In this document: in pieces, positions 43,901-57,750 of the stretch
Layout: each line of letters begins with the position of its first letter
Numbering within the stretch: position 1 is the first letter of the stretch
Assembly: GCF_009914755.1 (NCBI RefSeq)
Contig: NC_060940.1
Direction: 5' to 3' (one strand)
DNA length: 64,000 nucleotides
Source: the human T2T-CHM13v2.0 reference genome, Homo sapiens
Position numbers and translations under genes: made by a program
Notes under the pieces: model-generated
Seen by the model: only the letters and a program-made list of their open reading frames with translations
Databases searched by the model: none
Told to the model about the DNA's origin: nothing

Positions 43901-46216
43901 ATAAATAAAGTAAGAAGATGAGGAGAAAGCATTACACTTCAGAGTTCTGTGACACATATAGAAGGGTTCTCTTGAGATATTCCTTATATGAAAAAAAAAA
44001 TTCACCTTACATTAAAACAACAGCAAGCCATATGACTGTTTGAAAATTTTCTCCAGTGCTCTCTATGTGAAATGGGCTGATCAGATTTCTGAGAGAGATT
44101 TATCCATGTAAGCTGCAAAACACAGTCATTTATAAGTGCCTAGAATTTCAAATATTTAGATTTGTTTAGAATAATGCTGAGTTCTCAGGAAGACCGGAGA
44201 AGCACAAAGAGGTTAAAAATAAAAGTAAAATGTCAAGTATCTGCTCACGTTTGCCCTGAAATAACTCCTAGACACTAACTTTTGAAATGTACAGCAGCTC
44301 ATTCAATCCACATTCCTCCTCAGATCTGTACTCTTCTCTAGTTTTGTACAGATGAATTTCAAATTTTCCCAGATAAGATTTGGTTCTGAGCTTCTAAATG
44401 TTCATCAAAGATAACACTGAAAAATTCAATTATGCTACCTTTTTTTTTTTTGCAAAAGGGAGAAAACCTTGCTATAATCAGTGAAGCTATTTTTAAATTG
44501 CAGGAGGGCAGGAATGAAGGTACAAATTAATGAGCTGATGTCATATTAATGTAGTCTTTTTGATCTTGTAATCATGAGCTCTTTACAAATCATGTTTGGT
44601 TTCAGGATTGTGATTTGAGACTCCTGGTTGCAGACATATAATTTAAATAGCATTAAAGGAAGCTCCAGATGTTTCAGGGGAAACATTTCTTATATTTAAG
44701 AATGAAGCCACTGAAGACAATCTTGCCTAACTAGCTGTGTGCTCAGGGACAATTTACTTTACCTCTCAATGCCTTAGATGCTTTATTTAGATTGGTTGAT
44801 TTCCAGGGCTCTTTCACATCTGACGCAATCATGAAAATTGTCTGTGGTTGACAAATCTAGAAAAATAAGTCATGTAACAAAACGTCTCAGAATAAAGTCA
44901 GGTGATAGACCTTGAAGAATCATTTTTACAAAGAAAAAAATATAAGAAGGGCTAGGTTACACAATTTTTTTGGAGAGACCATGTCTCATTATTCTGTTTT
45001 AAGATTCTTATTGCCTACATGCTTATGTGTCCATTGAATCCCAACTTCAAAATGTAAGTTGTGCTTCTTTGTGATGAGGGATGATTAAAACTCAGGACCT
45101 TTATTAGTTCCATGACAACTGTTTTTAAATCTTCAGGATACATTGACTAGGTGAGAATGCTTTTACAACGAAGTATTTTTGCTAAATGTAGAAAATAAAA
45201 AAAAGAAAGAAAGGAAACAGGGAAAGGAAAACAGCCCAACAACAAAAAACTTGACATTTAAAAGTGATTTGAAAACAAAACAAAAATCTGAATTATAAAA
45301 AAGTCAGATCAAAATAACTCTGCAGTCACAAACAGTTCCTAAGAGAGAAGGCAAAATAACATTTTTATTTTTCTGAAAATGAATACTTTTGTTCTTGTCT
45401 GAATATTCTTCATTAAGTAGAAACTATTTATGTATTGAAGGTCAGGAATTTTAGCTTAAGTGCTAGAACAATTGCATGGAGCATGTAGTGTGATTTCTTC
45501 AAGGACCACTCAAGGAATTTTTCCTCCTTTGTGGTTTAAACACTTTCTGTGGTGCTTTTTTGACAGATGTGTGTGGTTATGAATATTTATAGTATTACCA
45601 AACATGAAAAATAAAATGTTTTGTTTCAGTCCTAGAATGAAAAGTATATAATGTGTTTGGAGGAAACAGGGAAAATGGTAAAGAATGATTTATCTTGGAA
45701 ACTGAGTATCTAGTCTGGATTATTTTCGGCATAAGGCTCTGCCATTGAGTAATTTCACAGTGTATAGGATTATTAATTCCTTTTCTTAACTTTTATCACT
45801 TCAATTATCCCTGATAGAAGTCGTCTTCAATAATGGAGTTCATTGCTTCACAAGTATTTATTAAAATTTGTAAGTTCTGTGTTTTTAGTTGCAAATAGAA
45901 TTCTTGGGTATTCAATAAACTAAACAGACCACAAAATATCAAATATTAAATAGAATCTTAGACCTGATTATGTTTCCTGCAACTTTTAAATTCTGAAGCT
46001 AATTATCTTTCTCATATGCTTGCATGATTTTACTGAGCAAGTGGCCATATATTTTTCAACAACTTCAGTTAAACTTTTTACAGGACCAGCACATATTAGT
46101 AATAATCAGATCAAATACATTCAGTATTTGGTTGCAGTCGCATGCCTACATTAGAGGGCAAACTTGAGAATGGTGGCTGAGTTGTAAGAGATGTTTTTTA
46201 AAGAAACACAATTGTT

Positions 46217-46547
<331 letters not shown>

Positions 46548-46900
46548 CTAATAAGGGGAGAAAGAAGGGCCAAAAGGAGTCTGTCTAATAAAGGTGGTTC
46601 ACTAAAAATGACTGACTACTGGAATTCATGGATTAATTTATTTGGAAAGGAGGAAGAATGGGAAAGAATGAGATCATAGGACATTAACTTTTGCTTCTGC
46701 TTTTGGGTTTTTATATATGAAAGCAAAATGAAATTTCCCTTTGTCCAACACATCAGCATCAACAAGGAAATATCATCATAGAGAGTGATAGGTCTATGGG
46801 ACCAGCATGCATTTGTATAAATCTAGTTGGAGCCCACATAGAACTGGCTCCAAAAGCAGTTCTATGGACAAGAGACAAGTTGATGTTAAGAATGAGTAAT

Positions 46901-46980
46901 GTGCACATGTACCCTAAAACTTAAAGTATATAAAAAAAAAAGAAATAAAGGTAATATAGTACATTTAAAAAAAAAAAAAA
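46901..46980 (+). mobile_element. Extremely 5'-truncated L1PA 3' stub with a probable 25-bp 3' transduction and second poly-A
   Basis: GTGCACATGTACCCTAAAACTTAAAGTATAT-A10, then GAAATAAAGGTAATATAGTACATTT-A14; flanked by AAGAATGAGT(A/T)AT. Confidence 0.8.
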
Positions 46981-46991
46981 GAATGAGTTAT

Positions 46992-47402
<411 letters not shown>

Positions 47403-47919
47403 CTAGATTACATCCACAAACTGTGGTATGTATCTGCAATAACAGGAATCCTGGATTAGGTAAGTGCACGCAATTGCAAGTCAAAGTTTTTATGTTCATG
47501 ATGTCATGGCCATGTCCCTCACTAATACCACACTCAAGTTCATAAATGTATAGATCCCTCATACACATCCTCCATCTTTTGTATACTGCTCCCATGAAAT
47601 CAATCTAAATCATAATTAATTCCATGACAATACTATGTGTATGTGCTAATGCCATATAATTGTGGCACTTTTAAACGTTACAAGTGAATAGTGCATCCCA
47701 CTCAGCAATTGGACCATAGTAATTATTTCCAGTGTGCGATGTACCAAAACCTTGTTAATTAAAATATTTAACTTGTAAATTTCATCTAAGGTGACATATA
47801 GATATATGGATTATCAAAACTTAAAATACTGTGAAAAACCAAGCTAAGGAGTTGGAAAGAAAGAAATTAGAGTTTGAAAATATAAAGCAAAAAAAAAAAA
47901 CAGCATGCTAAACATAACA

Positions 47920-48060
47920 TCCTCTTCTTTTCTTTTCATTCTCTTCTTTTCTTTTTTTTCTCCTCTTCTTCCTTCTTTTTTCTCCTCCTTCTTCAACTTC
48001 TTTTTCCTCATAGCTAAAGTTGAGTTATATCTTATTATATTTATTACTATTTTATTATTT
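47920..48060. repeat. CT-rich then (TTA)-rich low complexity
   Basis: Polypyrimidine tract followed by TTATTA repeats. Confidence 0.8.
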
Positions 48061-49048
48061 ATCCAAGCTTTTAAGTACTTTGGAGGTAAATATTAAGTTT
48101 CATTATTAAATCTGTCATGAAATAATTTGTGGCCATAAAAACAAAACTTTTTAACAATCCTCTGGCATTAATTCAGTTAGCCCTGAATTTATGATCTAAA
48201 ACTGTCATAAGAATAACTTTGATTGAACAATTATGCAATTTACACTTTAATTAAAGGTCTGGAAGCATCAAATTGTTAAAGAGTTGGAAATGTATTCTGA
48301 GCTTAGACTGAAAACAGTATTTATGTGAATTTACTTGAAAGAATTCTTCCCCAAAAACCTGTTAACGTCATTCCTGGTAAGAATTTCAGCAGTGAAGTCT
48401 GATTTTCCGGGAGGAAATCTTTTACCAATCTGGGATAGGTGAAAAATGAATGAATGACATTATTCACTGATGTTACTGACTCTCATCCTCAGCATTGTCA
48501 CTAGCATATTCTTTAAAGTAAAATGTGACGGGAAAGATATAGGGAAAGAGAGGAAACCTCTTATCTAGACTACCAATCAAGAGAGTACCAAAATTCCCAG
48601 TGGCTCCTAGGGTCTTGGAGAAGAGTTGTATCGTGACAGATGCAGGCGGATAGGCCCTATTGCATGGGTGCACAGCTTCAGTATAATTCCTAGACTACTG
48701 AAGTAATATCTAGCTATTTTCAAAAAGTTTTTCTTTCTGATTATCTTAAAACAGACTCTTTTGTGACTGTTAGTTAGGTACACTTCTGAGTAGTTGGAAG
48801 TTTTTCTTAAGTTACTTAAAGAATACACATGAACACAGCGATTTTTTAACCCATTTTTTATCCTTAGAGATTCCTTTTACATTTTAGGAAAATATGGGTG
48901 GCAGCATCAGTAAAACATGTTTTTTTGTGAAACCAATAGCTGTTTGTGTAAAAAGATTTCATTGTCAGATGTCATCATTGGTGTGATCATTGTGAATGAA
49001 TCGTAATACAATCTCTTCAAGTCATAGACACTCTGAAACCAGACATGT

Positions 49049-49733
49049 TGAGACGTGAAGCCAGCTGGGCTTCTGGGACTAGGTTGGGACTTGGAGAATT
49101 TCTGTGTCTAGCTGAAGGATTGTAAATGCACCAATCAGTGCTCTGAGTCTAGCTAAAGGATTGTAAACGCACCAATCAGCACTCTGTAAAAACCAATCAG
49201 CACTCGGTAAAATGGACCAATCAGCGCTCTGTAAAATGGACCAATCAGCAGGATGTGGGCAGGGCCAAATAAGGGAATAAACGCTTGCCACCGGAGCCAG
49301 CAGGGGTAACCCCCTCAGGTCCCCTTCCACAGTGTGGAAGCTTTGTTCCTTTGCACTTCCCAATAAATCTTGCTGCTACTCACTGTTTGGGTCTGCACTA
49401 CCTTTATGAGCTGTAACACTCACTGTGAGGGTCTGTGACTTCATTCCTGAAGTCGGTGAGCCCAGGAACACACGGGGAGGAAAAAACAACTCCTGACGCA
49501 CCACCTTTAAGAGCTGTAACACTCACTGTGAAGGTCTGCAGCTTCTCTCCTGAAGTCAACGAGACCATGAACCCACTGGAAGGAGGAAACTATGGACACA
49601 TCTGAACATCTGAAAGAAAAAACTCCGGACACAGCATCTTTAAGAGCTGTAACACTCACCATGAAGGTCCGTGGCTTCATTCTTGAAGTCAGCAAGACCA
49701 AGAACCCGCGGGAAGGAGTAAATCCTGGACAAA
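49049..49733 (+). mobile_element. LTR12-family (HERV9) solo LTR, short variant
   Basis: TGAGACGTGAAGCCAGCTGGGCTTCTGGG start; tandem ACCAATCAGC repeats; three GAGCTGTAACACTCAC repeats; 4-bp TSD ATGT at 49045-49048 and 49734-49737. Confidence 0.95.
49131..49285 (+). promoter_or_regulatory. LTR12 U3 promoter: five CCAAT (NF-Y) boxes plus an AATAAA TATA-like box
   Basis: CCAAT at 49131, 49172, 49193, 49217 and 49241; GGGAATAAA at ~49274. Confidence 0.65.
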
Positions 49734-50309
49734 ATGTTAGAATGTCTTTTCAATTCTGCTATTGAACCATAGAGTCTTGCTTAGAAGTCATAACTCACAT
49801 TTCATGGGGAGAAGTCTTATCTACATGAAATAAGACTGACTTGCTCTACCCTTGCAAATTCCAAATAGCTACATGTTTTATTCCTGCACAGCCTATTTAC
49901 CTACTAAGATACAAGAAGAGAGAAACAGTTTTTTTTGGACCAATAAAACACCTAAAATCGGATTTTTAAGTCCTTCTATAAAAATTTTACACCTCATTTA
50001 ACTCATAATACAAAAAATTGAAAATATATGTTATGATTGTTTAAAAATCTTAAATTTTAAAGTCATTCTATCTTGGTGTGTTTCATTGAATATTTCCTCT
50101 TCCTTCAAACTTTTTTTTTCTTTTTTCTTCTCAAAATTTCCCAAAATTAAAATCATACTATTTTAATACAATTATCAGAAAGCAAAAATACTTCACTCAA
50201 ATTTTGGAAATCAGAATTATATTTAGAGGCCTAGAAACAAAAAACTATTTCTTGCCACTTATTAGTCCACTGAAAGAAAATCCAATTCAGTATATTTAAA
50301 TATTGTAGT

Positions 50310-50999
50310 TATTAGTGTAGGTAGTCAGGCAGACATGAGTATAGTAGGAGAGACCTGTCTTCCAGGAATGTCAGGCAAAAACCAGGTGATGGTCAGGCAG
50401 TTGTTAAACTTTCTCTCTAAAATGATATTTAGTTACAGTTGGCACCAGGAAAAGACAGTCTCCCAGTAGAAAACCCATCAAGCTGGTGATCAGCAGCTTC
50501 CTAATAAGATTTCGGCAAGCAGGTGGAAGAGGCAAAATGGCGGAGTTTAATCAGTATATGACCTTCCTCTGGGAACACTCTATTTTTAAGGTAAAAATGC
50601 TTCAAGTGAGCATGCATACAACTTCAGTAATACACTGTGTATGTGGCCCTTCCCAAGTGCCAGTAGGTCACTGCACATGCAGACAGCCCACCCCAAGGGA
50701 AAAGTTAAGATAGAAGAAACACAAACCTGAGAATCATGCCAATGTATAAAACCCCAAGTCTAGGGCTGAACGGGGCACTTGAATCTTTCAAGACACCCAC
50801 TTGACCCTCTCTCAAGTAAAATTTGCTTCCTTTTGCTCCTGCTTTACAACTTTTTAATAAACTCTCACTCCTGCTCTAAAACTTGCCTCGGTCTCTCCCT
50901 CTGCCTTAAACCTGCTTCTGACCCTCAGACAAATTCTTTCCTCCAGGGAACCAAGGATTGAGTTTGCTGCAGACCCATACAGTTTCATCACTGGTAACA
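50310..50999 (+). mobile_element. MER50 ERV1 solo LTR
   Basis: GTAGGTAGTCAGGCAGACATGAG..CCAGGAATGTCAGGC..CAGGTGATGGTCAGGCAGTTGTTAA..AAGCTGGTGATCAGCAGCTTCC..CTGGTAACA; TSD TAGT/TAGG. Confidence 0.85.
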
Positions 51000-51935
51000 T
51001 AGGGAGATTGGTGTAAAGAGGAAAAATTATTTGTGTTTATTTTTCCTTGTCTGAATGAATGCTCTGAATGAATGAATGAATGAATGGTGCTAAATACATC
51101 AGAGGAATAGGAAAGTTACTGTTTCTTTTCTAAAACAAGTAGATACCATAACAGAGCAGTTTTAAAAAAATTTATTTGGGAGTGGGAGAGGATGCTGGGG
51201 GAAGGGAGAGATAGAAGGTAAACAGGAGAGAGAAAAGAGATCTCTCTTTTTCCAGCCTAAAGAGTTACTCCTAATCTCTTTAGAAAGGTTAACAATTAAG
51301 ATGGCACTAAATTTCTCAGTTGCCCTTTCCAGTTTGATATTGGACATCCTGTTTTTTTCATAATAAAATGCAAGACTTAGATCTGAAGGGGAAAAAATCA
51401 ATGAAAACTCTCTTTATGAGGTTTTTGTTCCTATGCAGATAATCCACAGTGTTCTATAGAAATTTAGACTCTGAATTGCATTCAAATTAAGGACAGATAA
51501 TGCAGTCTGCATTTAAATTTTAAATCTGCACGTGGTACTCTGCATTTATTACTAAGCTTTAGCTTATAGAAGAGCAGATGGTCTCTGTGCTCCAGATCAA
51601 ATACTGTCAAATACTTATTTGATCATCTGCATTGGGTTTTTGATTTAAATAATTGAGCTTTTGCAGTCAGTGCTTCTGAAATCTGACCTGCTTCTTGCAG
51701 CTTTTCTGATTGTGGCAACCACTTTTGGCTCTTGACCAAGGACTATTTATACAAACTTTTTGAACATACTTAATCCAAGAATGAAAAATTTTATTAAGAG
51801 TCTTCATACTCCTTCAGGAAATGGAATATTCAGTTCTCTTTTTCAAATAGTCAAATTGATAACCCTATGTTTGATTTACTAAACCATTAACCACAAATAA
51901 GGAAGAATATATTAATTGGCTTTCTTGTTTCTTCC

Positions 51936-52364
51936 TATGGCAGCTTATTTGCAGCAATGGCCCAATCATTCTCCTCCCTGTATTCTCTCCCATTTTCTGT
52001 GTAACTTTAAAGTTTCTCCCATTAAGAGGTGGGGTGTATTTCTTCACTCTTTAAAATTGTCCTGGTCTCATGACTTGTTTCGAGTAATAGAATATGGTGT
52101 TGGGGACTTCTTGACAGTAATAGGTCTGCACACTTCCACTCGTTCTCCTGCCCCAAACTTATACATATGGGTTATCCCAAGATCAACAGAGCCACCTAAC
52201 TAACCTATTGTTGATCATGCACACTTGCAGAAGCTTTACATAAGAACAACACAGCTAAGCACAATCCGAATTGCCAATTCACAAAAATGAAAGCTAAATG
52301 AATTGTTATTTTGGGTTATGAGGCATTGGTGTTGTTGAATGTCTGACAATAATTAACTGACACA
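51936..52364 (+). mobile_element. MLT1H/G-like MaLR LTR
   Basis: AATGGCCC..CTCCCATTAAGAGGTGGGG..ATGACTTGTTT..ATAGAAT..TAACTGACACA. Confidence 0.7.
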
Positions 52365-52802
52365 ACTTCTATTTTATTTTCTACCAAGTGACTTTTCCTC
52401 ACGTGGCTTAGGAGTTCAAACAAACATAGCTTTGAAAGCTGGCAGACCTTTACTGTTTATTTATCTTTGACAAATTTCTTTTACTCCTGTGTGCCTCCAC
52501 TCATTCATTTAGACAATAAATACCTAATATAATTTCCACTACGTGTTAGTCACTGTGCAAGGTGCTTTGAATAGGGTGATGACCAAGGAAGAAGCCTGTG
52601 ATTTATGGCTCTTTCATTCCAAAAAGATAATAATGTTCATCTCTTAAATTTTATATAAGGAGTAAATTAAGCGATGAGTATATAACACACAAGCACATGA
52701 ATGCCAATTTCTCCACACCTCTCCAAGACTCTTTCAAGAGGAAAGAGCACATCACTAAGGAATGATCTCTGATACAGCTTTAGAACCAATTCTGCTACTT
52801 CA

Positions 52803-53528
52803 TATAACCACCCGATGGGTTCCTCCTCCCTAAGGCACAAACAAAATTAACTCATTGAGACCATAGCATTGCAGCAAAGAAAGAGTTTAACTGATGCAAG
52901 TCCAGCCACACCAGGTGGAAGGTAGAGTTACTACTTAAATCAATCTCCCCAGAACTCAGGGATCAGGGGTTTAAGGATAATTTGGTGAGTAGGGGGTCAG
53001 AAAGTAGGGAGTGCTGAATGGTTGGGTCAGAGATAAAATCAAGGGAGTTGAATCTGTTTTCTTGCACTGAGTCAGTTCTTCGCTGGGGGTCAAAACCAGA
53101 TGAGCAAGTTTATTGATCTGGGTGGTGCCAGCTGATACAATAAGTAAAAGGTATGCAAAATATCTCAAGCACTGATCTTAGGTATTAAAATGGTGATATT
53201 ATCCCCAGGAGCAATTTGGGGAGTTTCAGAATCTTGCAGCCTCCAGCTTCATGACTCCTAAACCAAAATTTCGAATCTTGTGCCTAATTTGCTAGCCCTA
53301 CGGAGACAGTCTAGTCCCCAGGCAGGAAGAGGGTTTGTTTTCATAGAGGGCTATTATCATCTTTGTTTCGAAGTTAAACTATAAACTAAGTTCCTTCCAA
53401 AGTTAGCTCAGTTATGTCCCGGAATGAACAAGCATGCTTGGAGGTTGGAAGCAAGATAAACTCAGTTAGGTAAGATCACTTTCATTGTCATAATTTTCTC
53501 AGTTATAATTTTTGCAAAGGCGAGTTCG
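52803..53528 (-). mobile_element. LTR8/LTR8A ERV1 solo LTR
   Basis: TAACCACCCGATGGGTTC..AAAGAAAGAGTTTAA..AAGGATAATTTGGTG..CTCAGTTATAATTTTTGCAAAGGCG, the reverse complement of the LTR8 start TGAAACCGCCTTTGCAAAA. Confidence 0.85.
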
Positions 53529-54327
53529 TTAACTAAAAAGAATGAAGTCAGATTGAATGGAATTGAGATTTTGATTCTATCATTTTTACCTATTACTTAA
53601 CCTCTCTAAATCCTGTTTCCTATTCAACAAAACAGAGGTAATGCTTTTAAAATATTTTTATTAGTGTAAGTCAGTCTCCTGTCCTCAATTTGTGTTGAGA
53701 TTGCATATTGACTCTAAAATGTCTGCAATCACTATTACTTGTAATTAACATTCTAAGAAATTGAATCAAAAGCAAAAAAAAAATTGGTTAAATTTTTCAT
53801 GACATATTTTTGTTCGAAGTTCCTAACTGCATATGACATTGACCCTTTTTTCTGGAGCTGAAGACAATTCTATAAAGCCTGTTACTGAGCCAATTCCCAT
53901 GTGAATTTCACAGATTGCTTCATTGAACTGAGAACATGATCAGAACGTCCAGGAACTTCAGATCATTAGTCATTTCATAGGGGAAAACAGATGGCTTCCC
54001 TAGAAGAAGAAATTTTCACTTCCCTCAGAATTTGGACACCATTACAGAAGTAGGCCTAATTGTTCGGAGAAAATGTGTGAGTAACTTTCAACTGGAATCT
54101 GTACCTCACCTTTCTCTCAGGATATGTGTATGCATATATAAATTATACTCCATCAACAGAAGGGACTCTCAAAGACAGAACGATTAGAATCGCCCAAGTC
54201 TATGAACATGGAAATGTACCTCGCAAGAATGCAATGGTCTGCAGAATGAGTGAATATACCTTGTCCTCACAAGGTATTCTATAGAAAAATAGTATTTATC
54301 ATATATACATACTATATAAACGATTAA

Positions 54328-54532
54328 TAATAGTTTTTTTAATCCTTGTCACTATTGATATTTGAGACCATATAATTATTTGTTGTAGGGGGTGCTGTCC
54401 TGGGCATTATAGCATGTTTGCAGCACCCCAGTCTCTCCCCAGTAGATTCCAGTAACATCACCAATTGTGACAATCAAAAATGGGCCCTGACATGCCAAAT
54501 GTCCACTAGTTTCTCTTGTTTAAGAACTATTG
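54328..54532 (+). mobile_element. MER20 hAT-Charlie DNA transposon
   Basis: CACTATTGATATTTG..GCTGTCCTG..TTGTGACAATCAAAAATG..GCCAAATGTCC..GTTAAGAACTATTG. Confidence 0.85.
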
Positions 54533-54898
54533 ATATAAAAATATCAGAATATCAGAAAGGAAAGGAAATATGCTCATATTAACACAACCTCTCGTGGGGG
54601 ATAATAAAAGGCATGGAGTCCAACTTTATTTTTTTATATTAGCATAGTTTTATTGCTCACTCATTCTTTTATCTGCTTCTATATATGAGGCATAGGGCTA
54701 GAGACAATTATGAGATGCAAAAATCCTTATTTTCTCCCTATGAGAACATAACACAATCTCCTGAATTATATAATCTAATATAATTTTATCTTGTATTATA
54801 GTGCATCACCACCAATGAAATGGTACAGAAAAAATTAGCTGCCATATTTCAAAGGTAGGGTGAAGTTCAGGGTCTTACAATGGTATAGCAAATGGAAT

Positions 54899-56173
54899 TG
54901 ATGGCATCGGCTACTCCAGATGGCCAGCTACTGCCATCACACACCGGCTGCAGCAGGGAGATGCAACTAGGGCTGCATGCTCCATGGAGCCAGCGGGAGC
55001 CCAGGAGCAGGATGGAGCCACACCCTCCAAGGTGCAGCTGCAGCTGCCCAAACTGCAGCTGGGGACCCAGGCATCCCTGCACTCTTGGGGGCCCAGGAAG
55101 GCCCTGCCTAGCCTTGCAGGCTTGGAAATGCCTGCTCCTGCTGCCAGGCTTCTCCCTGCTGTCAGTGCCCACTCTGATCTCCAAGCAAAGTTCAGCCTAG
55201 CCCAGGCACCATGAACAGCAGCAGGAGGCAGACAGGTTCCTGGGTGGAAGGGTGTGGGTCCCCTGTGAGGCCCCACCTTCTGGCCACAGAAGGCCTGAAG
55301 GCTGGGGACTGGGATACCAGTCCCATGGACCAGAGTGGGAACTTGTGGTGCCTTTTCCGTACCTGCCCATGGGCACCCATGGAACGATTGTCATGCACAT
55401 CCTCCCCTCTGAGCCCATAAAAGCTCCCCACTCAGACAGAGCTGAGCAGACGTTGGGACACCAGACTACAGAGAGGAGCTACCCACTCCGGGGCCTCCTC
55501 TGAGCTATTCTGTCACTCAATAAAGCTCCTCTTTGCCTTGCTCACCCTCCACTTGTCTACATGCCTCATTTTTCTTGGATGCAGGATAAGAACTCAGGGC
55601 CTGCCAAATGGCAGTGCTGAAATTTCTAGATCATAAACAATGCAAAAACATGCCCCTTGCTTGCCACAATACAGGAGAAGAGAAGGAGAGAAGAGCCATG
55701 GACCTTCAGGGATCCCAGATCTGGGAACTCCCTGAGTCAGGACTGTGACTCTTTCTTGGGGGCCCAGTGGTTCCTGGAGTCTCCAAGCTTCTGGGCACCA
55801 CTGGGGAACACAGTGGCAGCTGTGGAAACTACTTGAGGTGCACATGGTCCAGCTGCAGCCTCACAGAGAGCCAGCACCCATGCAGGCACCTGGAGCTGCC
55901 AGCCCCACTGCACAGCCAGTATGCCTGACTGTGCACAGTGTCCAGACCCCATGCTTGCTTGCTTACACACCCCTTTTATACAACCCTTGCTGCTCCACGC
56001 CTGGCTCACCCTTGGCAGGTGTGGGATTCAGGCTGGTAGCTTGAGCTGCTCGTAGCCTGCCAGGCTGAGTGAGTAAAACAAGCCCCACAGGCTCAGCAAA
56101 ACTTGGGCAAAAGGCAACACCAGCCACAGAGCTTTCTGGCCAGAAAAGAGACATTCCAAGGATCCTGCAAACA
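54899..56173 (+). mobile_element. MER52 (MER52C-like) ERV1 solo LTR, GC-rich
   Basis: TG..CA termini, 4-bp TSD GAAT (54895-54898 and 56174-56177), CCCATAAAAGC TATA-like box, CTCAATAAAGCTCCTC poly-A signal; 1275 bp. Confidence 0.88.
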
Positions 56174-56254
56174 GAATCAGGAAATGGATTATTCAGCTTT
56201 TAATGCTGGCTTTTATCATTGTATCAGTGTTGATATTGGAATATTTATGCTACA

Positions 56255-56636
56255 TCTATTAGTTTGCTAGGGATGCCAAAACAAAACACCATAGACTGGT
56301 TGTACTAAATAACAGAAAGCTATTTTTCCACAGTTTTGGGGTTTAGAAGTCCAAGATCAAGATGTCATAAGGGTTGGTTTCTTCTGAGGCCTCGCTTCTT
56401 CGTTTGTAAATGTCTGTCTTTTTCCTGTGTCTTCCTATCATCTTACATTCGTGTCTCTGTGTCATAATCTTTTCTTACAAGGACAAAAGTCATATCAGTC
56501 TAAAGCCCACCTTAGTTACCTCATTTTGACTTAATTACCTCATTAAAACCCTATGTGCAAATATACTCACATTCTGAGGTAACCAGTGTGCCCTTAACAT
56601 ATGAATTTTGAGGGGACATAATTTAGCCCATAAAAC
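56255..56636 (-). mobile_element. MLT1A/B MaLR solo LTR
   Basis: TATTAGTTTGCTAGGG..AGAAGTCCAAGATCAAG..CACATTCTGAGGT..GGGGACATAATTTAGCCCATAA. Confidence 0.87.
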
Positions 56637-56800
56637 CATCTGAGTCTCCATTTTCTTATCTGTAACAAGAGGAAGAATAATGTGTACTTCATAGTAAACT
56701 TCCATGAAAATTAAATAAAGGTAGAAAATTGGTTATCCACATTGCTCTTAGCATAGTGTCTAAAACATAACAAGTTTGCAATATAATTAACTATTATAAT
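56637..56800 (+). mobile_element. MIR 3' half
   Basis: CTGAGTCTCCATTTTCTTATCTGTAA..CTTAGCATAGTGTCT..TTAACTATTAT. Confidence 0.7.
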
Positions 56801-57076
56801 AATATCATTTTATTTAATTCTTTCTAAAGAAAAAATATTAACGAGAAGGAGCATTTTGCAACAACGATGGTTAGAGCTGAAATAACATATGCAGATAAAA
56901 AGCAAATGCAGGTGAGGATGTAGGCAATTCAAGGAGGAGGTAAAATGAAAACAATGTCCAAAGGCATAGAAGTCCATTTGGGATGTGGATAGTATTTCAT
57001 TTCTTCTAATTTTAATAATTTTTCTATTGTTTTTCAGAAAAAAACGCTAATCAAAATGTCTTATACTCAATAAGTT

Positions 57077-57077
<1 letters not shown>

Positions 57078-57122
<45 letters not shown>
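57078..57122. repeat. (CA)n(TA)n compound microsatellite
   Basis: Perfect CA run followed by a TA run. Confidence 0.95.
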
Positions 57123-57750
57123 CTTACATTCCTCTTGCTACCAATTTGTTCTTAGAGTATTTTCTGTTATTGCTAGCCATGTAACTCAGGAACTCTTGAT
57201 ACAGTAGTTGCATGTCACCCAGAATATGGCAAAAAGCAGTAGCAGTTAAAAAGTGTTTTGTAGGCAGAGAACATGCCATGGTAAAGGCTTACACGATGGA
57301 GGATTTTTCTGTTCTTCATAATGCATAAAATGTTTCTCGATCCCTAAGTGACTTGGAAAAGGAGATGTCAATAATAACACTGGGTAAGGCAGGAGAGGGA
57401 GTTGAACATGAGGAGACAATGATGAGCTTGGTAATAGGTTGATTCGACGAACTAGGCTGCATACAGGAGATCATGCACTGTTGCTCCTAGTCCCTCACTC
57501 CACTCTTAGAGAAGCAGAAGAATGTAGCTATTGAAACTACAGTGGACATGTTATGCTATTTCTCATACCTAGCTTCTTTGTTGACTGCTGCTAGATAAAA
57601 AGCCTCTTACATGAGAAAGATTTAAGTAGCTTATTTCATATGATCCTGAATTTCATATTTTCATACACACATATATATGCATACATATATACATATAATT
57701 ATTCTTATACTTTATCAAATATAATACCACATGAAATTAAAATATGTAAA

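Noticed and set aside
47905-48096. Hydrophobic 63-aa ORF resembling a membrane peptide
   Set aside because: Translation of a CT/TTA low-complexity tract.
49110-49250. Regularly spaced repeats resembling a CRISPR array
   Set aside because: These are LTR12 U3 CCAAT tandem repeats in primate DNA, with no unique spacers and no cas genes.
54867-56154. Dense overlapping ORFs and high GC suggesting a gene or CpG island
   Set aside because: Almost entirely within the GC-rich MER52 LTR; CpG-depleted, and the few stops are explained by base composition.
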